From Phoronis australis (lineage: Eukaryota; Animalia; Phoronida): a stretch of 64,000 bases of DNA. The translations under genes were made by a program, and so were the position numbers. The stretch is from assembly GCA_002633005.1 (NCBI GenBank), contig NMRA01000251.1:60486-124485 (forward strand), in the 5' to 3' direction. Below, one piece after another: positions 62,830 through 64,000 of this stretch; position 1 is the stretch's first letter; each line of letters opens with the position of its first letter. The notes beneath the pieces are model-generated. The model did no database searches and was not told where the DNA came from. It saw only the letters and a list, made by a program, of their open reading frames with translations.

Positions 62830-63404
62830 ATGGCAACTCGCAATCCCGAATTAGGACGAGCTAGAGCTCATCAGTCCCGACTTCGCAGGTGGATTGTTAA
62901 GTTTTAAAGGCTATCAATTCGAACAGGAATACAATGATGAAGAAATACTAGAGAGGCGCCGTGAACAAGCTCAGACAACAGAACGTATGGAGTTATTTGG
63001 TAAGCCGGCATTCGTCAGGCACTGTCGACGTCGGCAGGCCAAAGACACGGAGATGTTTCACGGCCTCATACTTGCTATTTACAGCGTGCATTTCATTCTT
63101 CACTACCATGAGCCACTTCCTAAGCATTTCGGGCTCTCGAGGAAGTAAAAAAAAAACGATATACCCGCTTTCATCGCAGCTGCTTTGTTCGGACAAGTGG
63201 GAACGATGCACCGCAACATAGCGGCAATCACTCTGCATACATGTACATGTGTGAACCACTGACGTCGCTAGCGTCCTTTCCCACCTTCCTCACAGGTTAA
63301 CGCGACACCTCTTGGCAAGGTAAGGTCGACCGTATGCGATGCGATGTAGATATGGACCGATTAAGAAGGCAAAAAAGACTAATTAAATCGGGTGACAATC
63401 TCCT
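62830..63404. mobile_element. Internally deleted Kolobok-like DNA transposon: THAP start on - (ATG 63219) facing a KolX/P2X7-ballast-like start on + (ATG 62830)
   Basis: Minus strand: MLRCIVPTCPNK...GISFF(frameshift in T-run)LPREPEMLRKWLMVVK...HLRVFG, a degenerate THAP. Plus strand: GCCAACATGGC then, after a frameshift, ...KGYQFEQEYNDEEI. The right end ...GACAATCTCCT|TTAA fits the Kolobok TTAA target and AG terminus. The left TIR was not found. Confidence 0.55.
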
Positions 63405-63409
63405 TTAAG

Positions 63410-63790
63410 TCTTGTGTTTTTGTCAAAGACGGTGTATCCCAAGACCAATTTGCACCTCTTGCAATTTTAGGAATAAACTTCCCAATGTCTGACCACTTGA
63501 AACCCGAAGTTGAAATACCAAATAAATGCCCAGGGCGCTGGGCGTTTCATCGGGTGAGCCTATCTGCGGAAATTCCCGGTTTCCATGTAAAAGACGGCGG
63601 TGGTGCTTATTGCAGGAAGGAACACGGTCAGTGCTGAGGTCAGAACCAGGGCTCCTTAGTAGGCCGATTGAACACCGCGCGAGTCCTGCAGGACTTTGCT
63701 GTAAAGGACAGCCTACCAGCAATTTCTGGTACTGTACATAGTTCGCAAATGCGGTCACCTTGTCAATGTGAGTGCCCACCCGGGTTCATT
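63410..63790 (-). pseudogene. Possible decayed XK-related (XKR) membrane protein fragment
   Basis: Frame-broken peptides GTHIDKVTAFANYVQYQ, LVLTSALTVFLPAISTTAVF and FIWYFNFGFQVVRHWEVY loosely follow the XK N-terminal layout, with stops present. Weak. Confidence 0.28.
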
Positions 63791-64000
63791 CCTTGTATAG
63801 AACTAAATTGCTAGAGTGTACATGTATCTTGAAGCGGACTTGCAACCAGACCACAGCGCCCGCCACAACAGAAATTCTTTGAAAAACGTGTAAATCGTTT
63901 TTTTTAATAAATACATTACATAAACACCCTATGATTATTGCACAAGACAGTTTTATATTATACACCAGCCAAATTCAAGTTGCAAACGTGTGGCGTGTAT

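Overview
Eukaryotic (invertebrate metazoan-type) genomic DNA, AT-rich and intron-rich, from a draft assembly: an 816-N gap at 38923-39738 and single-N joins at 10389, 31300, 59927 and 61426. Most entries in the ORF track are spurious, and the real genes appear only after manual splicing. I reconstructed four coding loci: (1) the last four exons of a rolling stone-like (FAR-17a/AIG1-type) membrane protein on + (656-6324); (2) a complete 9-coding-exon RMDN/FAM82-family TPR protein on - (18025-35293, 348 aa) with a hydrophobic N-terminus, whose 289-nt exon appears twice; (3) a four-exon gene on + (48383-54442) encoding an apparently stand-alone PLAT/LH2 domain; (4) an intronless orphan ORF on + (55926/56076-57734) with two hydrophobic segments and a very basic Lys/Ser/His-rich tail. 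Decayed sequences include an LRR-TM(-TIR?) receptor pseudogene (about 9.6-14.1 kb), a 5'-truncated L1/Tx1-like LINE, a deleted Kolobok-like element (THAP plus KolX-like starts), a Helentron/HINE-like element spanning the gap, and many MITEs and small satellites. No prokaryotic systems, CRISPR arrays or rRNA were seen. All family assignments come from motif recognition by eye and have not been checked against databases.
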